NCBI GenBank assembly: GCA_052386575.1
Contig: JBQTKC010000084.1
Coordinates: 1-38,834 of the forward strand
Source: Beijerinckiaceae bacterium
GTDB taxonomy: Bacteria > Pseudomonadota > Alphaproteobacteria > Rhizobiales > Beijerinckiaceae
Direction: 5' to 3'
Length of the DNA: 38,834 nucleotides
Under the pieces are notes generated by a model. The model saw only the letters and a list, made by a program, of their open reading frames with translations. It was not told the origin of the DNA and did no database searches. Positions 10,401 to 21,936 of the stretch are shown here, one piece after another; position 1 is the first letter of the stretch; the number at the start of each line of letters is the position of its first letter. A program made the position numbers and the translations under genes.

Positions 10401-10500
10401 CAAGAAACGACGTCCGCGCGAAGGCGGCATTGGCGGCCGAGCGGCCGCCCGGCCCGCCGCCCGAACCATTTGCGTTTCCATTCGTATCCTGGCGCGCCAT
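7492..10500 (-). CDS. sucA: 2-oxoglutarate dehydrogenase E1
   Basis: [27 protein letters not shown] and [15 protein letters not shown] motifs; AAGGAG SD before ATG 10500 (MARQD). Confidence 0.97.
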   Translation of the reverse strand: MARQDTNGNANGSGGGPGGRSAANAAFARTSFLDGANAAYVEQLQNNFWHDPASLDPSWREFFTQMEDDSATIAQGAQAPRWKRPGWPAAADGELVSALDGNWADAEARTGAKLEAKVGEDGSLSQGELQRATRDSVRALMMIRAYRMRGHLHANLDPLGIAPPKDHEELHPSAYGFTESDYTRKIFIDGVLGLKFATIPEMLNILRRTYCGTIGFEFMHISDPAEKSWLQRRIEGPGKEITFTKEGKRAILNKLVESEGFEHFLAIKYTGTKRFGLDGGEAMIPALEQIIKRGGALGVEDIVIGMAHRGRLNVLSQVMEKPHKAIFNEFKGGSFTPDDVEGSGDVKYHLGASSDRAFDNNRVHLSLTANPSHLEIVDPVVLGKVRAKQDQLHDVVERTKVLPLLIHGDASFAGQGVVAECFGLSGLKGYKTGGSIHFIINNQIGFTTAPRHSRSSPYPSDTAKMIEAPIIHVNGDDPEAVVYGAKIAIEFRQKFHKPVVIDMFCYRRFGHNEGDEPAFTQPVMYKKIRSHKTTLQIYTEKLVTEGVMTDGEVAKLQANWRHHLETAFDASQSFRPSKADWLDGRWVGLKPAVAGAEDDRRGRTGVDRARLTEIGLRFTSVPEGFDIHRTIRRLLDNRRKMVETGEGIDWAMGEALAFATLVDEGYPVRLSGQDTERGTFSQRHAALIDPETEARYVPLNNIRQEQARFEVLNSMLSEEAVLGFEYGYSLTEPNALTVWEAQFGDFANGAQVVFDQFISAGERKWLRMSGLVCLLPHGYEGQGPEHSSARLERFLQMCAEDNMQVANCTTPANYFHILRRQLKRDIRKPLILMTPKSLLRHKRAVSPLDEFAIGASFHRLLLDDAEVIPGGTAALVEDARMRRVVLCSGKVYYDLFEERAKRGINDIYLLRVEQLYPFPLKALVAALSRFKGAEIFWCQEEPKNMGAWNFVDPYLEWVLGQTGGKSKRPHYAGRHASASTATGLMPKHLAELNAFMDDVFAA

Positions 10501-10738
10501 CGTCATCTCCTTTGAGCCGAAATCCTTCAAACCCCCATTTCGTTCAAAATTCATCGAAGTGCGCATTTTTGGGGGGAGCGAATATAAGCGTGGTTCGCAA
10601 ACAAAGCTCGCCGCCGCCATTTGCCGGACCCCGGCGGTGCCTTCGTTTCCGCCAAAAAGCCAAATCTCGCCCGGCCGGCCCGGTTGTCCGCACCATGTCC
10701 ATACATGCGGACGCCCCGTTCAATTCTCAAGATCTGGC

Positions 10739-11623
10739 TCATCCGCGCAGCATCTCGGCAAGGGTCTTGCCGAGCCTTGCGGGCGAGGGCGACACGCGAA
10801 CGCCGGCCGCTTCCAGGGCGGCGATTTTGTCTTCGGCGCCGCCCTTGCCGCCAGCGATGATCGCGCCGGCATGACCCATGCGCCGGCCGGGCGGCGCGGT
10901 GCGGCCCGCGATAAAGCCAACGACCGGTTTCTTGCGGCCGCGCTTCGCCTCGGCGGCGATGAATTGGGCTGCGTCTTCCTCGGACGAGCCGCCAATCTCG
11001 CCGATCATGACGATGGATTTGGTGGCGTCATCGGCCAGGAACAATTCCAAGATTTCGATGAAGTCGGCGCCCTTGACCGGATCGCCGCCGATGCCGACCG
11101 CGGTCGTCTGGCCTAGCCCTTCCTGCGTCGTTTGATAGACGGCCTCGTAGGTCAAGGTCCCCGAGCGAGAGACAATTCCAACCGAGCCGGGCTTAAAAAT
11201 ATTGCCGGGCATGATGCCGATCTTGCATTCTCCGGCGGTCACCACGCCGGGGCAGTTCGGCCCGATCAACTTCGATTTCGAGCCGCAAAGGGCACGTTTG
11301 ACCTTGATCATGTCCGCCACCGGAATCCCTTCGGTGATGCAGACGATCAGCGGCATTCCGGCGTCGATCGCCTCGCAGATCGCGTCGGCCGCGCCGGGCG
11401 GGGGAACATAGACGACGCTCGCCTCGGCGCCGGTCGCCGCGCGCGCTGCAGCGACCGTATCATACACCGGCAGGCCAAGATGGGTCGCGCCGCCCTTGCC
11501 AGGCGAGACGCCGCCGGCCATTCTGGTCCCATAGGCGATCGCCTGTTCGGTATGGAACGTGCCGTTCTTGCCGGTAAAACCCTGGCAAATGACCTTCGTA
11601 TCCTTGTTGACGAGGATCGGCAT
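10739..11623 (-). CDS. sucD: Succinyl-CoA synthetase alpha subunit
   Basis: [24 protein letters not shown] and the phospho-His motif RMGHAGAII. Confidence 0.97.
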   Translation of the reverse strand: MPILVNKDTKVICQGFTGKNGTFHTEQAIAYGTRMAGGVSPGKGGATHLGLPVYDTVAAARAATGAEASVVYVPPPGAADAICEAIDAGMPLIVCITEGIPVADMIKVKRALCGSKSKLIGPNCPGVVTAGECKIGIMPGNIFKPGSVGIVSRSGTLTYEAVYQTTQEGLGQTTAVGIGGDPVKGADFIEILELFLADDATKSIVMIGEIGGSSEEDAAQFIAAEAKRGRKKPVVGFIAGRTAPPGRRMGHAGAIIAGGKGGAEDKIAALEAAGVRVSPSPARLGKTLAEMLRG

Positions 11624-11627
11624 TGGC

Positions 11628-12839
11628 TCAGACCTTTCCGGCCGCCGCGACGATTTTCCTTGCGGCATCATCGAGGTCGTCCGCTGGGATGACATTGAGG
11701 CCGGATCGCGCGATGATTTTCTTGCCGAGATCGACATTTGTGCCTTCGAGCCGCACGACGAGCGGCACTTTGAGGCCCGTTTCCTTCACAGCGGCGATGA
11801 CGCCCTCGGCAATCACATCGCATTTCATGATCCCGCCGAAAATATTCACCAGAATGCCTCTGACTCTTGGGTCGGCTGTGATGATCTTGAACGCGTGCTC
11901 CACCTTGTCCTTGGTGGCGCCGCCGCCGACATCGAGGAAATTCGCGGGCTCCGCGCCATAAAGCTTGATGATGTCCATTGTCGCCATGGCAAGACCGGCG
12001 CCATTCACCATGCAGCCGATCGTACCTTCGAGCGCGATGTAATTTAAGTCGTGTTTCGCCGCCTCGATTTCCTTGGCGTCCTCCTCGGTTTCGTCGCGAA
12101 GGGCGGCGATCTCCGGATGCCGGTAAAGCGCGTTGTCGTCGAACGAGATTTTGGCGTCGAGGCATTTGAGCTCGCCCTCCGCCGAGACAATCAGCGGGTT
12201 GATTTCGAGCATCAGCATATCCTTGGCAACGAAGGCCGCGTAAAGCTGCGAGGTCAGTTTTGCCACCTGTTGGGCGAGGCCGCCGGAAAGGCCGAGGACG
12301 TTGGCGGCCGCCCGGCCGTGGTGCGGCATGATCCCGGTCGCCGGATCGACCGTGAAACTGGCGATCCTGTCCGGCATCTGACGCGCTACTTCCTCGATGT
12401 CCGTGCCGCCTGCCGTTGAGACAACGAAAGCGACGCGGCTCACGGATCGATCGACTAGGAAGGAAAGATAGAACTCCTTGACGATATTGGCGCCTTCCTC
12501 GAGATAAATCCGGTTCACCTGTTTCCCGGCTGGGCCGGTCTGTGCCGTTACTAGTATCCCTCCAAGCATTTCGTCGACAATTGTCTCGACCTCCGCCACA
12601 GATTTGGCGAGTCGTATCCCCCCTTTGCCTCTGGCCGCCTTCACCTTAGCCGCCTTCTCTCTAAAAGTGCCTTTGCCACGCCCGCCCGCATGGATTTGGG
12701 ATTTTACGACCCAAACCGGGCCCCCGAGCTTCGCTGCCGCGGCTCCGGCATCGGCGGCGCGCAGCAGAGCGATCCCGCGCGGCACCGGGACCCCGAATTC
12801 CTTGAGGACGGCTTTGGCCTGGTACTCGTGGATGTTCAT
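11628..12839 (-). CDS. sucC: Succinyl-CoA synthetase beta subunit
   Basis: [32 protein letters not shown] and NFLDVGGGA. Confidence 0.97.
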   Translation of the reverse strand: MNIHEYQAKAVLKEFGVPVPRGIALLRAADAGAAAAKLGGPVWVVKSQIHAGGRGKGTFREKAAKVKAARGKGGIRLAKSVAEVETIVDEMLGGILVTAQTGPAGKQVNRIYLEEGANIVKEFYLSFLVDRSVSRVAFVVSTAGGTDIEEVARQMPDRIASFTVDPATGIMPHHGRAAANVLGLSGGLAQQVAKLTSQLYAAFVAKDMLMLEINPLIVSAEGELKCLDAKISFDDNALYRHPEIAALRDETEEDAKEIEAAKHDLNYIALEGTIGCMVNGAGLAMATMDIIKLYGAEPANFLDVGGGATKDKVEHAFKIITADPRVRGILVNIFGGIMKCDVIAEGVIAAVKETGLKVPLVVRLEGTNVDLGKKIIARSGLNVIPADDLDDAARKIVAAAGKV

Positions 12840-12923
12840 CTGCGGTCTCTTGTTCGGCGGTCGCCCAGGTGCTCAACGGCTGACCAAGCAGTTTTCACGC
12901 CAGTTCAACGGGGCAGCCGCGCC

Positions 12924-13193
12924 ATGAGCTGGCTGTCCCGGAACATTTCGCCCCGTGTGTATCAGACCCGCATGAACCTTTGCCTATCCGGATCCGCGGC
13001 CACCCAGGAAAAATATGAGACTTCGCGATTCTATGAACAAATCGGCGAGATGACGGTCTTCGACGTGGCGATCCTGTTCCAATATTGGCGCGAGCAGCCG
13101 ACCGCCGCCGATATTCTGAACGATGTGTACAAGGGCGAGACAAATCCGGAGCCCGAAAAGAATATCGAAATCCCACGGCCGGCAAGATTTTAA
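12924..13193 (+). CDS. Small hypothetical protein, possibly phage-derived remnant
   Basis: 89-aa ORF with a protein-like core (FYEQIGEMTVFDVAILFQYWREQPTAADIL); no SD is evident. Confidence 0.3.
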   Translation: MSWLSRNISPRVYQTRMNLCLSGSAATQEKYETSRFYEQIGEMTVFDVAILFQYWREQPTAADILNDVYKGETNPEPEKNIEIPRPARF

Positions 13194-13537
13194 TCAACGC
13201 GCATTGGGACCTGAAGAAACTTGGGCGTTCTGACGACTCATTCGTTTATCTGCTCGCCCTCACATCTGAATACACAGATGCGATAGTCCAGGGGCAATCT
13301 GGGTGCTTCCGCTGACTCCCAAAGTGGCAAACTCTTCGGTCAATCATCCAGAGAACTTAGCGAAGCCGCGAAACGGTAATTGCTCCCGGAAACGCCCGAT
13401 ATTTCGACTGCCGCCAACTGAGCGCGAAGGCGTTCGTCCGCGACGCGGCGCTGACCAAACTTCCGCGCGGAGTACAGACGAGCGCGGCAACGGGAAAACG
13501 AAGGCGATTTGCTCCCCCTCGTTGCATTTCAATCTCC

Positions 13538-16363
13538 TCACACGGCCACCCCATGACAATGCTTATATTTCCGGCCCGAGCCGCAGGGACAAGGTTGGTT
13601 GCGCCCCACCTTGCCATAGGCCAACCGCTTTTCCGCCGGCTCGCGGACAAGTGTTTCGATAGCGTCCCCGCCTGCAGCGCTAAAAACCGGCTTCGTGCCT
13701 CGGGTAATGGCGGGATCGGCGCTCGCCGGGCCAAATGCGGCGTTGATCGCGGCGCCCGGCGGCGCGGGCGCATCCGGCCCCGCAATTTCGAGTGCCTCCA
13801 TCGGCGGCGGCTCCAAGGCGACCTCGACGCGGTTCAATTGCGCGGTCGTCATTTCCCGCAAATGGGTAATGAGTTCGCCGAACAGCTCGAAGGCCTCGGA
13901 TTTGTATTCGTTCAGCGGATCGCGCTGGGCCATGCCGCGCCACCCGACAACTTGACGCAGATGGTCGAGCGTCACGAGATGCTCGCGCCACAGATGGTCG
14001 AGCGCCTGCAGAACGATCTGCTTTTCGACATAACGCGTAACTTCGGCGCCGTTCCTGTCGACGCGAGCGGTATATGCTTCGTCGGCCGCCTTCCGCAGCC
14101 TTTCGTGCATTTCGTCCTCGGTGATTCCCTCTTCCTTCGCCCAATCGCTCATCGGAAGTGAAATATTGAACGCGCCATGGACCGATTTATTCAGCCCCTC
14201 GACGTCCCAAGTCTCGGGATAGGCATCGCGCGGAACGTGTTTGGCGATAAGATCGTCGACGACACCGTGACGCATGTCGGAAATCATGTCTTCGAGCGAC
14301 TCTTGCGCCATCATCTCGCGGCGCTGTTCGAAGACGACCTTGCGCTGATCGTTCATCACATTGTCGTATTTCAGAACGTTCTTGCGCATGTCGAAATTGC
14401 GCGCCTCGACTTTTTGCTGGGCCTTTTCCAAGGCCTTGTTGATCCATGGATGGACGATCGCTTCGTCTTCTTGAAGACCAAGCTTGACGAGCATGGACTC
14501 CATCCGGTCGGAGCCAAAAATCCGCATCAGATCGTCCTTCAGCGACAAGAAGAATTTCGAGCGCCCCGGATCCCCCTGGCGGCCGGAACGGCCGCGCAGC
14601 TGGGTGTCGATCCGGCGGCTCTCGTGGCGTTCGGTGCCGATGATGTAGAGGCCGCCGGCGCCGATAGCTTTCGCGCGAAAAACTTCGACCTCGGCCCGGA
14701 TTTCGGTTTCCTTCGCCTCGCGCTCGGCGTCCATCGGCAGTCCGGCGCATTCTTGCGCAACCCGCATTTCGACATTGCCGCCGAGCTGAATGTCGACGCC
14801 GCGGCCGGCCATGTTGGTCGCGATCGTAATCGCGCCAGGCACGCCCGCTTCGGCGACGATATAGGCCTCCTGTTCGTGGAAGCGGGCGTTCAGCACCGCG
14901 AAAAGTTTGGAGGGCTTGTCCGATCGCGCCGCCGCGTAGAGTTTTGGCAGGGCTTCCGGCGCCGTGAAATCGATTTGCTTATAGCCCTGCTTTGTCATCG
15001 CCTCGGCAAGTTGCTCGGACTTCTCGATCGACGTCGTGCCGACGAGCATCGGCTGGAACTTCGCGTTGGCGGCCTCGATCTCGCGAATGATCGCACGCAG
15101 TTTTTCTTCCGCCGTGCGATAGACTTCATCGTCCTCGTCGAGACGCCTGACCGGCTTGTTGGTCGGTATCTCGACGACCTCGAGCTTATAGATTTCGGCG
15201 AATTCATCCGCCTCGGTCGCCGCCGTTCCGGTCATCCCGGCGAGTTTGCCGTAGAGGCGGAAATAATTCTGGAAGGTGATCGAGGCGAGCGTCACGTTCT
15301 CGGGCTGGATCGTGACATGCTCCTTGGCTTCGAGGGCCTGATGGAGTCCTTCGGAGTAACGGCGGCCCGGCATCATCCGGCCCGTGAACTCGTCGATAAT
15401 GACGACTTCGCCCTTGCGCACGATGTAATCCTTGTCGCGCCTGAATAATTTATGCGCGCGCAAGGCCTGATTCACGTGATGCACGATTGTGACATTGGCG
15501 GCCTCATAGAGCGAGCCTTCGATCAGGACCCCAGCTTCTCCAAGCATTTGCTCCATTTGTTCGTTGCCGGCCTCGGTGAGATTGGTCGTGCGTTGTTTTT
15601 CGTCGAGTTCGAAGTCGCCGGCCGCGAGGCGCGGGATCACCTTGTCGATCGCGATATAGAGGTCGGACCTGTCGTCGGAGGCGCCCGAAATGATCAACGG
15701 GGTCCGGGCCTCGTCGACGAGGATCGAATCGACCTCATCGACGATCGCGTAATGATGGCCGCGCTGAACCATCTGGGCGAGCTCGTATTTCATGTTGTCG
15801 CGGAGATAGTCGAAGCCGAACTCATTGTTGGTGCCATAGGTGATGTCGGCGGCATAGGCGCGGCGGCGTTGGTCGTCATCGAGGCCATGCACGATGACCC
15901 CGGTCGAAAGGCCGAGGAACTGATAAATGCTGCCCATCCATTCGGCATCGCGGCGGGCGAGATAATCGTTGACGGTGACGACATGGACGCCCTTGCCCGC
16001 GAGCGCGTTGAGATAAGTGGCGAGCGTCGCGACAAGGGTCTTGCCTTCGCCGGTGCGCATCTCGGCGATCGCGCCCTCATGCAGCACCATCCCGCCAATG
16101 AGCTGAACATCGAAATGGCGCTGGCCGAGGACGCGGCGCGCCGCTTCCCGCACCGTGGCGAAAGCCGGAACCAGAATTTCGTCAAGCGTCTTGCCCTCGG
16201 CAAGGGCTGTACGAAACTGCCCGGTTCTGGCCCGTAGATCGGCATCGCTCAACTTCCCCACTTCGGGCTCGAGCGCGTTGATGGCCGCGACTCTTGGCCT
16301 ATATCCCTTGAGCCGGCGATCGTTCGACGATCCGAAAATCCTTTTCGCAAGGGAGCCCAACAT
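13538..16363 (-). CDS. secA: Preprotein translocase ATPase SecA
   Basis: [48 protein letters not shown] and the C-terminal SEC-C motif [18 protein letters not shown]; AAAGG SD before ATG 16363. Confidence 0.98.
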   Translation of the reverse strand: MLGSLAKRIFGSSNDRRLKGYRPRVAAINALEPEVGKLSDADLRARTGQFRTALAEGKTLDEILVPAFATVREAARRVLGQRHFDVQLIGGMVLHEGAIAEMRTGEGKTLVATLATYLNALAGKGVHVVTVNDYLARRDAEWMGSIYQFLGLSTGVIVHGLDDDQRRRAYAADITYGTNNEFGFDYLRDNMKYELAQMVQRGHHYAIVDEVDSILVDEARTPLIISGASDDRSDLYIAIDKVIPRLAAGDFELDEKQRTTNLTEAGNEQMEQMLGEAGVLIEGSLYEAANVTIVHHVNQALRAHKLFRRDKDYIVRKGEVVIIDEFTGRMMPGRRYSEGLHQALEAKEHVTIQPENVTLASITFQNYFRLYGKLAGMTGTAATEADEFAEIYKLEVVEIPTNKPVRRLDEDDEVYRTAEEKLRAIIREIEAANAKFQPMLVGTTSIEKSEQLAEAMTKQGYKQIDFTAPEALPKLYAAARSDKPSKLFAVLNARFHEQEAYIVAEAGVPGAITIATNMAGRGVDIQLGGNVEMRVAQECAGLPMDAEREAKETEIRAEVEVFRAKAIGAGGLYIIGTERHESRRIDTQLRGRSGRQGDPGRSKFFLSLKDDLMRIFGSDRMESMLVKLGLQEDEAIVHPWINKALEKAQQKVEARNFDMRKNVLKYDNVMNDQRKVVFEQRREMMAQESLEDMISDMRHGVVDDLIAKHVPRDAYPETWDVEGLNKSVHGAFNISLPMSDWAKEEGITEDEMHERLRKAADEAYTARVDRNGAEVTRYVEKQIVLQALDHLWREHLVTLDHLRQVVGWRGMAQRDPLNEYKSEAFELFGELITHLREMTTAQLNRVEVALEPPPMEALEIAGPDAPAPPGAAINAAFGPASADPAITRGTKPVFSAAGGDAIETLVREPAEKRLAYGKVGRNQPCPCGSGRKYKHCHGVAV

Positions 16364-16865
16364 TACGAAACAACCTTTCTCGAAAACGGCCGGAACATCC
16401 CCGGCCATCGGCTTTCGCCCCTAGCTTTTCTGGTTAGATTCTGCGCGATCCACGTGGCGTTTGCGCAAGGCACGGTCCGGGCTTGATTTCCCGCGCCGCA
16501 GCGGACCGCCGAAGTGCGACATACCATTTCAAGATTTCCGCGGTACCAAATTCTCGCGTTCCTAACTGGAAATCCTATTTCCCCGGCCGTCCGGCAAAAG
16601 CCGGCGTTCCGGCAAGGACCGCCCTCACGTCCAAAAAAGCTCGAGCGGCAGCGCGGCAGGCGCGAACTCCCGGCGCCAAGCGCCGGCGCGGGGGCCGCGA
16701 ATTCTCGAAAAATCATCCACGGAGGCCTGTCCGACAGATAAGATTGGGACCGGGGCTTGTCAAATCCGCCGCTCTGTGCATGGTCACGCGGCAAATGCCC
16801 GTCTTGAGCAACGCGCCGCGGTGACTGCGGAGCGGTCTTCCTGTATTAGCCCGGAGCTTGGACTC

Positions 16866-17783
16866 ATGTTGTTGACGAAACACGCGTGTAACAGAACCGC
16901 TGGTCTGGCGTTTCTGCTGACCTTGTTCTCTGTTGCGATTGTTGCCGCCTCGCCGGAAGCAGCCAAGGTGCTCGCCACGGTCAACGGCAAGCAAATTACC
17001 GACGACGATGTGAAGATCGCCGCCAGCGATCTTCACACGAGCCTGCCGCCTCAGCTGGACGGCAAGGCGCGCGACAAATATCTTCTCGACTTTTTGATCG
17101 ACGGCGAATTGGTGGCGCAGAAGGCGCTTGCCGAAAAGGCCGACCAAACCCCGGAATTCGCGAAGAAACTCGCATATTATCGCGAGAAACTGCTGATGGA
17201 AACCGTGCTCGAGCAGGTCGCGAAGGCGGCGGCCACCGACGCGGCGATCAAGGCCACTTACGACGAGGCGGCCAAGGCGCAAAAGCCCGAGACCGAAATC
17301 CACGCGCGGCATATTCTTGTTGCCACCGAGGAAGAAGCCAAGAAGACGCTGAAACGACTCATGGCGAGCAGCGGGACCGATGACTTTGCCACAATCGCCA
17401 AGGAAGTGTCGAAAGACCCGGGCTCGGAAGGCGGAGATCTCGGCTGGTTCACCAAGGATCGCATGGTGCCGGAATTCTCCAATGCCGCGTTCAAGCTGGA
17501 GGTGGGGCAGGTCTCCGATCCGGTGAAAAGCCCTTTTGGCTGGCATATCATTGAGGTCCTGGACAAACGGCAAAAAACCTTCCCGCCCTTCGACCAGGTC
17601 AAGGAGCAAGTCACCCGCTATGTCGTGCAAAAGGCGCAAACCGCGCTCGTCGCGGACTTGCGCAAGACCGCGAAGATCGAGCGGACCGAGCCTCCGGAGC
17701 CTCCCAAGGCCGAGAAGCCGGCGCCTGGGGCCACCGTGCCGGCCATTCCAGCTCCAGCTAAGCCCGCGCCGGGCAAGAAATAA
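16866..17783 (+). CDS. Exported parvulin (PpiC)-type peptidyl-prolyl isomerase, PrsA-like
   Basis: Signal peptide, then HARHILV, GGDLGWF, MVPEF and FGWHII; divergent from secA as usual in Alphaproteobacteria. Start is uncertain. Confidence 0.92.
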   Translation: MLLTKHACNRTAGLAFLLTLFSVAIVAASPEAAKVLATVNGKQITDDDVKIAASDLHTSLPPQLDGKARDKYLLDFLIDGELVAQKALAEKADQTPEFAKKLAYYREKLLMETVLEQVAKAAATDAAIKATYDEAAKAQKPETEIHARHILVATEEEAKKTLKRLMASSGTDDFATIAKEVSKDPGSEGGDLGWFTKDRMVPEFSNAAFKLEVGQVSDPVKSPFGWHIIEVLDKRQKTFPPFDQVKEQVTRYVVQKAQTALVADLRKTAKIERTEPPEPPKAEKPAPGATVPAIPAPAKPAPGKK

Positions 17784-18090
17784 GTGGGGCATTGTCTAGA
17801 AGACCGGCAAGCGGATCATGAAGTGCTGCCATTGATCGTTTGAGCCTCCGCCGCGTCCTATTCTTCCCGAACCGGGACGCGGCTAAGGTTGTCTCACCCC
17901 TGCCCAAAACGGCGAAGAATTCGGCGCAAAAGCCGTCCGATTCGGGCAATAAGTGCGTTTCTGGCCAATGGCGCCGCTGAGCTTAGAGCCCATGGAGTGA
18001 CCATACGGCACGCCTACACTGGATCCCATCTCCAATCATCGAGGGCATCCCCGGGGTCGAGCCCAAGCTAGCCTCTTCGTCCTGTCCCAG

Positions 18091-18213
18091 AAAAATGGTC
18101 GCCGAACTGAATGGCAAATTGCCCCATCCGCAGCAGTCCATTCAATCCCCCGCCGGCCGGCGCAGGCCGGCATTTTTGATGGCAAGGTAGAGCAGCTTCA
18201 AAGCCGCTTCGTC
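18091..18213 (-). mobile_element. IS256 (mutator)-family transposase C-terminal remnant, frameshifted
   Basis: The minus strand reads DEAALKLLYLAIKNAGLR / RRGIEWTAA / MGQFAIQFGDHF across two single-base frameshifts, matching the recalled IS256 C-terminus (DxAALKLLYLA...W..AMNQFAIxFxDRF). Confidence 0.7.
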
Positions 18214-18243
18214 CAGACCTCGAAAGCAGGCAAGAAGGGTTCC

Positions 18244-19248
18244 TCATGCCTGCAGCGCCAATTCGGTCTGTTTGTAGCCCTCGTTCGCCCGTTGTTCGAT
18301 TGTCTGGGGCGAGAAATCGCTAGCCCCAAAACCCGAAACCTGGCCCGGACGCGTGATCGGGACAATTCGCGGGACACGGACGTAGTTGCGCTTCGCCACC
18401 GCCTGATAGGCTGGATTGTCCGTGAGCGGATTGCCGTCGGGGAGGTTTTCGAGCGCCTCCATCAAGTCGGCGACCTCGTCGATCCGCCGCAGCATTTTCA
18501 CATCCTGCAAGGTTTTGTTGGCGAACTGGAGATTTTGGGTCCGCGCCGTGACCTCGGACATATTGCGGGGAATGGGTGCCTTATTCGGAAACAAATTGAC
18601 GACATAAATGGTCCGGTCCGCGTCCGCTGCGCCATCGAGCCTGTCGAGCACGGCGCCGAGCGGCGTATTGTCGAATAATCCTCCATCCCAGTAGGATTTG
18701 CCATCGATCACCGTCATCGGGAACGACGGCGGCAGGCTGCCGCTCGCGACGATGTGGTCGAGCGACAGTCCCTTGTCCCGGCTATAGAAATACGCGATCT
18801 CTCCCGCCTCCACATCCGTCGCGCTCACCAGCAGCCCCGGGGCGGCCTCTGGATCGGCAAGTGCCTCGAGGTCGACCAATTCTGACAACGTCACGCGGAG
18901 CGGCTCCGTGTCGTAAAAATTGGTCCAGACCGGCAGGGCGTAGTAGTCAAGCCGCGGGACGAAGAAATTGGGGTTGCCCAGAAGCGACGCGTAGGGCCGG
19001 AAAGGCGGCGGGAGAAGCATTCCAGACACGGTGATTTTTTGCCAGAACGCCTCGAGCGCCTCGAGCGGCTTAAGACCTGCTGCCGGCCGGGCCAGGAGGA
19101 CGGCAGTAATCGCGCCGATCGAGACACCGGCAATCACGTCGGGCGCGAAAGCCGCGTCCTTGTAGAGCCGCCGCGCTGCCCCGAGTTCGTAGGCGCCAAG
19201 AGCGCCGCCTCCTTGCAGGACCAATGCCGTGCGGGCCGGATGCGCCAT
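18244..19248 (-). CDS. Patatin-like phospholipase/esterase, probably with a C-terminal DUF3734-type extension
   Basis: Oxyanion motif LQGGGALGAY, nucleophile GVSIG and catalytic WDGG; GGAGG SD before ATG 19248. Confidence 0.9.
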   Translation of the reverse strand: MAHPARTALVLQGGGALGAYELGAARRLYKDAAFAPDVIAGVSIGAITAVLLARPAAGLKPLEALEAFWQKITVSGMLLPPPFRPYASLLGNPNFFVPRLDYYALPVWTNFYDTEPLRVTLSELVDLEALADPEAAPGLLVSATDVEAGEIAYFYSRDKGLSLDHIVASGSLPPSFPMTVIDGKSYWDGGLFDNTPLGAVLDRLDGAADADRTIYVVNLFPNKAPIPRNMSEVTARTQNLQFANKTLQDVKMLRRIDEVADLMEALENLPDGNPLTDNPAYQAVAKRNYVRVPRIVPITRPGQVSGFGASDFSPQTIEQRANEGYKQTELALQA

Positions 19249-19555
19249 GCCAACCTCCATCGCTTGTTGCTGCCCTGCGGCAAATTATACGCTGCGGCGC
19301 AGCATTCGCAAGCCCAATCTGTATTTGCCCAATTTTGGAAAGGCCGGGTAACGCCCGCATGACCGCTGGCCTTGGCCGGGATGAAAGGTGGTGACGGAGG
19401 TCTTCAACCGGGCGCCCTGCTCAACTGCGAGGTTCCTAAGCCCGCTAGCCCCGCTCCGGCCCCGCCAGAAACGCAGGGTCGCGCGGGCGCATTACTCGGA
19501 GTTCGAAGTGGCTTCAAATTCCGCAAAAGCTACGCGCGGCGCCGGGTCCGACAAA

Positions 19556-20449
19556 TCAATTCGCTAGTCCCCAACTTTCCTTCAATTTAAGCGTGAGGCA
19601 CTTGGCGGCCCCGCCCGCGCGCATGAATTCGGACAGAGGCACGATGACTGGCGTAAAGCCGGCAGCGCGCAACCTTTCCTGCAATTCTGCCGACGCACCG
19701 TTGAGAAAAACATGGCCATCGAGATCGACGGCGTTGCAGGCGAATTGCTCGGCATCTTCCTCGCCGACGGCGACCCGTTTTTCCGGCGCGACTTTTGTTT
19801 CGATCTTCGCCCGGCTCGCGGCATCGAAAGCTGCCGGATAATAGATGAGATAGCCGCCTTCGAGCGGGCAAAAACAGGTGTCGAGATGGTAAAAGCGGGG
19901 ATCAATAAGCCGCAGACCGACGACGGGGCGTTTGAAAATATTTTCGTGCGCGGCGGGGGCGGTTTTGTCTGACCGGAAGCCATATCCGCACCACACGATA
20001 GGCTGGCCGCGATCGAGCAAGGCATCGCCCGCACCTTCGAAAAAAATATCCTCCGGCCATGGCGCCAGCGGAAAACCATTCTGCTCGAACCATTGGCCGA
20101 AATAGCGCTCTTCTCCTTGCCGCGCCGAATACCGAAAACGGCTCGCAACCGCCAATTTGCCCAACACCATGCCGGCATTGGCGGTAAACACCATGTCCGG
20201 CAAATCCGGCTGCGGCTCGATCAGCGTGATGTCCGCATGCGCTCCAACCACATTTTTGAGATTATTCCATTGCCTGACCGCAAGAGCATGATCGATGCGG
20301 CCGCGATTGCCATCCATCCACGGATTGATGACGTAGTTCACGCCAAAATGATCGGGCGCGCACATCAAAACTTTTTGCCTGCAATTCGGCAAGGCGGCGG
20401 TTCCGGCGCCATTTTCCGGGCCCGGCGCGGTTGCGGCATAATAGTTCAT
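19556..20449 (-). CDS. Amidinotransferase-superfamily (pentein) hydrolase resembling the arginine dihydrolase domain of cyanobacterial ArgZ/AgrE (DDAH-like)
   Basis: LMCAPDHFGVNYVINPWMDGN, PDMVFTANAG, RQGEE, FEGAGDAL, FYHLDTCFCPL and GGAAKCLTL (catalytic Cys). The ATGA overlap couples it to the upstream aminotransferase stop. Confidence 0.85.
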   Translation of the reverse strand: MNYYAATAPGPENGAGTAALPNCRQKVLMCAPDHFGVNYVINPWMDGNRGRIDHALAVRQWNNLKNVVGAHADITLIEPQPDLPDMVFTANAGMVLGKLAVASRFRYSARQGEERYFGQWFEQNGFPLAPWPEDIFFEGAGDALLDRGQPIVWCGYGFRSDKTAPAAHENIFKRPVVGLRLIDPRFYHLDTCFCPLEGGYLIYYPAAFDAASRAKIETKVAPEKRVAVGEEDAEQFACNAVDLDGHVFLNGASAELQERLRAAGFTPVIVPLSEFMRAGGAAKCLTLKLKESWGLAN

Positions 20450-21732
20450 CCAACGAACCTCACGGCACGAGGCGCGACGGCGTCCTCAAGCGCGTCATGG
20501 AAGACCTCGACCGCCTGCAACAGATCGGCCTCCTCGATAACGAGGGGCGGCGCGAAACGAATGACGGTTTCATGCGTCTCCTTGGTCAAAACGCCGCGCC
20601 GCAGCATGGCGAGACACACGTCCCTAGCGCTGGCGCGCGCGGGATCGAGCTCGACGCCCGCCCAAAGCCCTTTGCCGCGCACCTCGACGATTGCCGGATG
20701 ATCGATGCCGGCAAGCGCGGCGAGCAAGGTTTTCCCCAGGACGCGGCTGCGCAGGGCGAGATCCTCGTCTTGGAGAACGTGGATCGCCTCGCGCGCGACC
20801 GCCGCGGCAAGCGGATTGCCGCCAAAGGTCGAGCCATGGCTGCCCGGATCGAAAACGTCCATGACGGCGCGCCGCGCGACAAACGCGGAGACCGGCATCA
20901 ACCCGCCGCCGAGCGCCTTGCCGGCGACAAGACCGTCGGGCTTGGCGTTCTCGTGTTCAAAACAGAAATTTACGCCCGTGCGCCCAAAGCCCGACTGGAC
21001 CTCGTCGAAAATCAACAATATGCCGTGCCGGTCGCATATCTTCCGGAGGCTCGCCAGATATCCCGCGGGCGGCACGACAATGCCCGCCTCGCCCTGAATG
21101 GGCTCGATAAGAACGGCGGCCGTGAACGGCGAGATTGCCGCCTCAAGCGTCCGCGCGTCGCCAAAAGGCACCGTGACAAAGCCGGGCGCGAAAGGGCCAA
21201 AACCGCGCCGGTAGGACGCCTCACTCGAAAAGCCTATGATCGATGTCGTCCGGCCATGGAAATTCCCCGCGGCGACAATAATTTCCGCCTTGCCGGGGGG
21301 AATCGAAAGCCAGTCATAACCATAGCGGCGCGCGGCCTTGATCGCGGTCTCGACCGCCTCCGCGCCGGTGTTCATCGGCAAGCACGCATCGAGCCCGGCG
21401 AGAGCCGCGAGCTCCTCGCAAAGCGGCCCGAGATTTTCAGTATGATAGGCACGGGAGACGATATCCAGGCGGCCGAGTTGACGTTGCATGGCGTGGACGA
21501 GACGCGGATGCAGGTGACCGAAACTCGCCGCTGAATAGGCGCTCATCATATCGATATAGCGCTTGCCGCCGGTATCGAAGAGATGCGCGCCGGCGCCACT
21601 CGCCAAGACAACCGGAAGGGGCGCGTAATTTTTCGCGCCAAAACGGGCTTCGCGGGCGATGACGCTTTGCGCGGACGCTTTGGCCGGCGAGATTTTCGCG
21701 GTTTGCGGGGACACGGAACTTTGCAAGGACAT
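20446..21732 (-). CDS. rocD: Ornithine-oxo-acid aminotransferase (class III PLP enzyme)
   Basis: NYAPLPVVL, DMMSAYSA, PMNTGAEAVETAIK, FHGRT, EPIQGEAG, DEVQSGFGRTG, GKALGGG and HGSTFGGNPL. Confidence 0.9.
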   Translation of the reverse strand: MSLQSSVSPQTAKISPAKASAQSVIAREARFGAKNYAPLPVVLASGAGAHLFDTGGKRYIDMMSAYSAASFGHLHPRLVHAMQRQLGRLDIVSRAYHTENLGPLCEELAALAGLDACLPMNTGAEAVETAIKAARRYGYDWLSIPPGKAEIIVAAGNFHGRTTSIIGFSSEASYRRGFGPFAPGFVTVPFGDARTLEAAISPFTAAVLIEPIQGEAGIVVPPAGYLASLRKICDRHGILLIFDEVQSGFGRTGVNFCFEHENAKPDGLVAGKALGGGLMPVSAFVARRAVMDVFDPGSHGSTFGGNPLAAAVAREAIHVLQDEDLALRSRVLGKTLLAALAGIDHPAIVEVRGKGLWAGVELDPARASARDVCLAMLRRGVLTKETHETVIRFAPPLVIEEADLLQAVEVFHDALEDAVAPRAVRFVG

Positions 21733-21936
21733 GGCAGCCTTCTCTCGACACTCCCTCCCGAAAGGATTTGTCGCACGAAAGACGGCGCTCTTGCCCCGGA
21801 CTTTGCCTCGTTTTCGCGCAGAATATCCGCGACAAATCCCCTTTTAAGCGCAAAAATGCGGCTAGGTATTTTGACCTAGACCAAACGGGGGTTACCGTTC
21901 AAAAACCGCAAGAATCTAGCGGCAAGCGAGCGAGAA

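Noticed and set aside
14900-15000. Extra segment in SecA ([29 protein letters not shown])
   Set aside because: As I recall, this is a lineage-typical Hyphomicrobiales insertion; codon usage is normal and there are no intein motifs.
17885-17920. KVVSPLPK reading resembling an ArgJ N-terminus after the PPIase
   Set aside because: Too short and without a start or continuation; cannot be told apart from chance.
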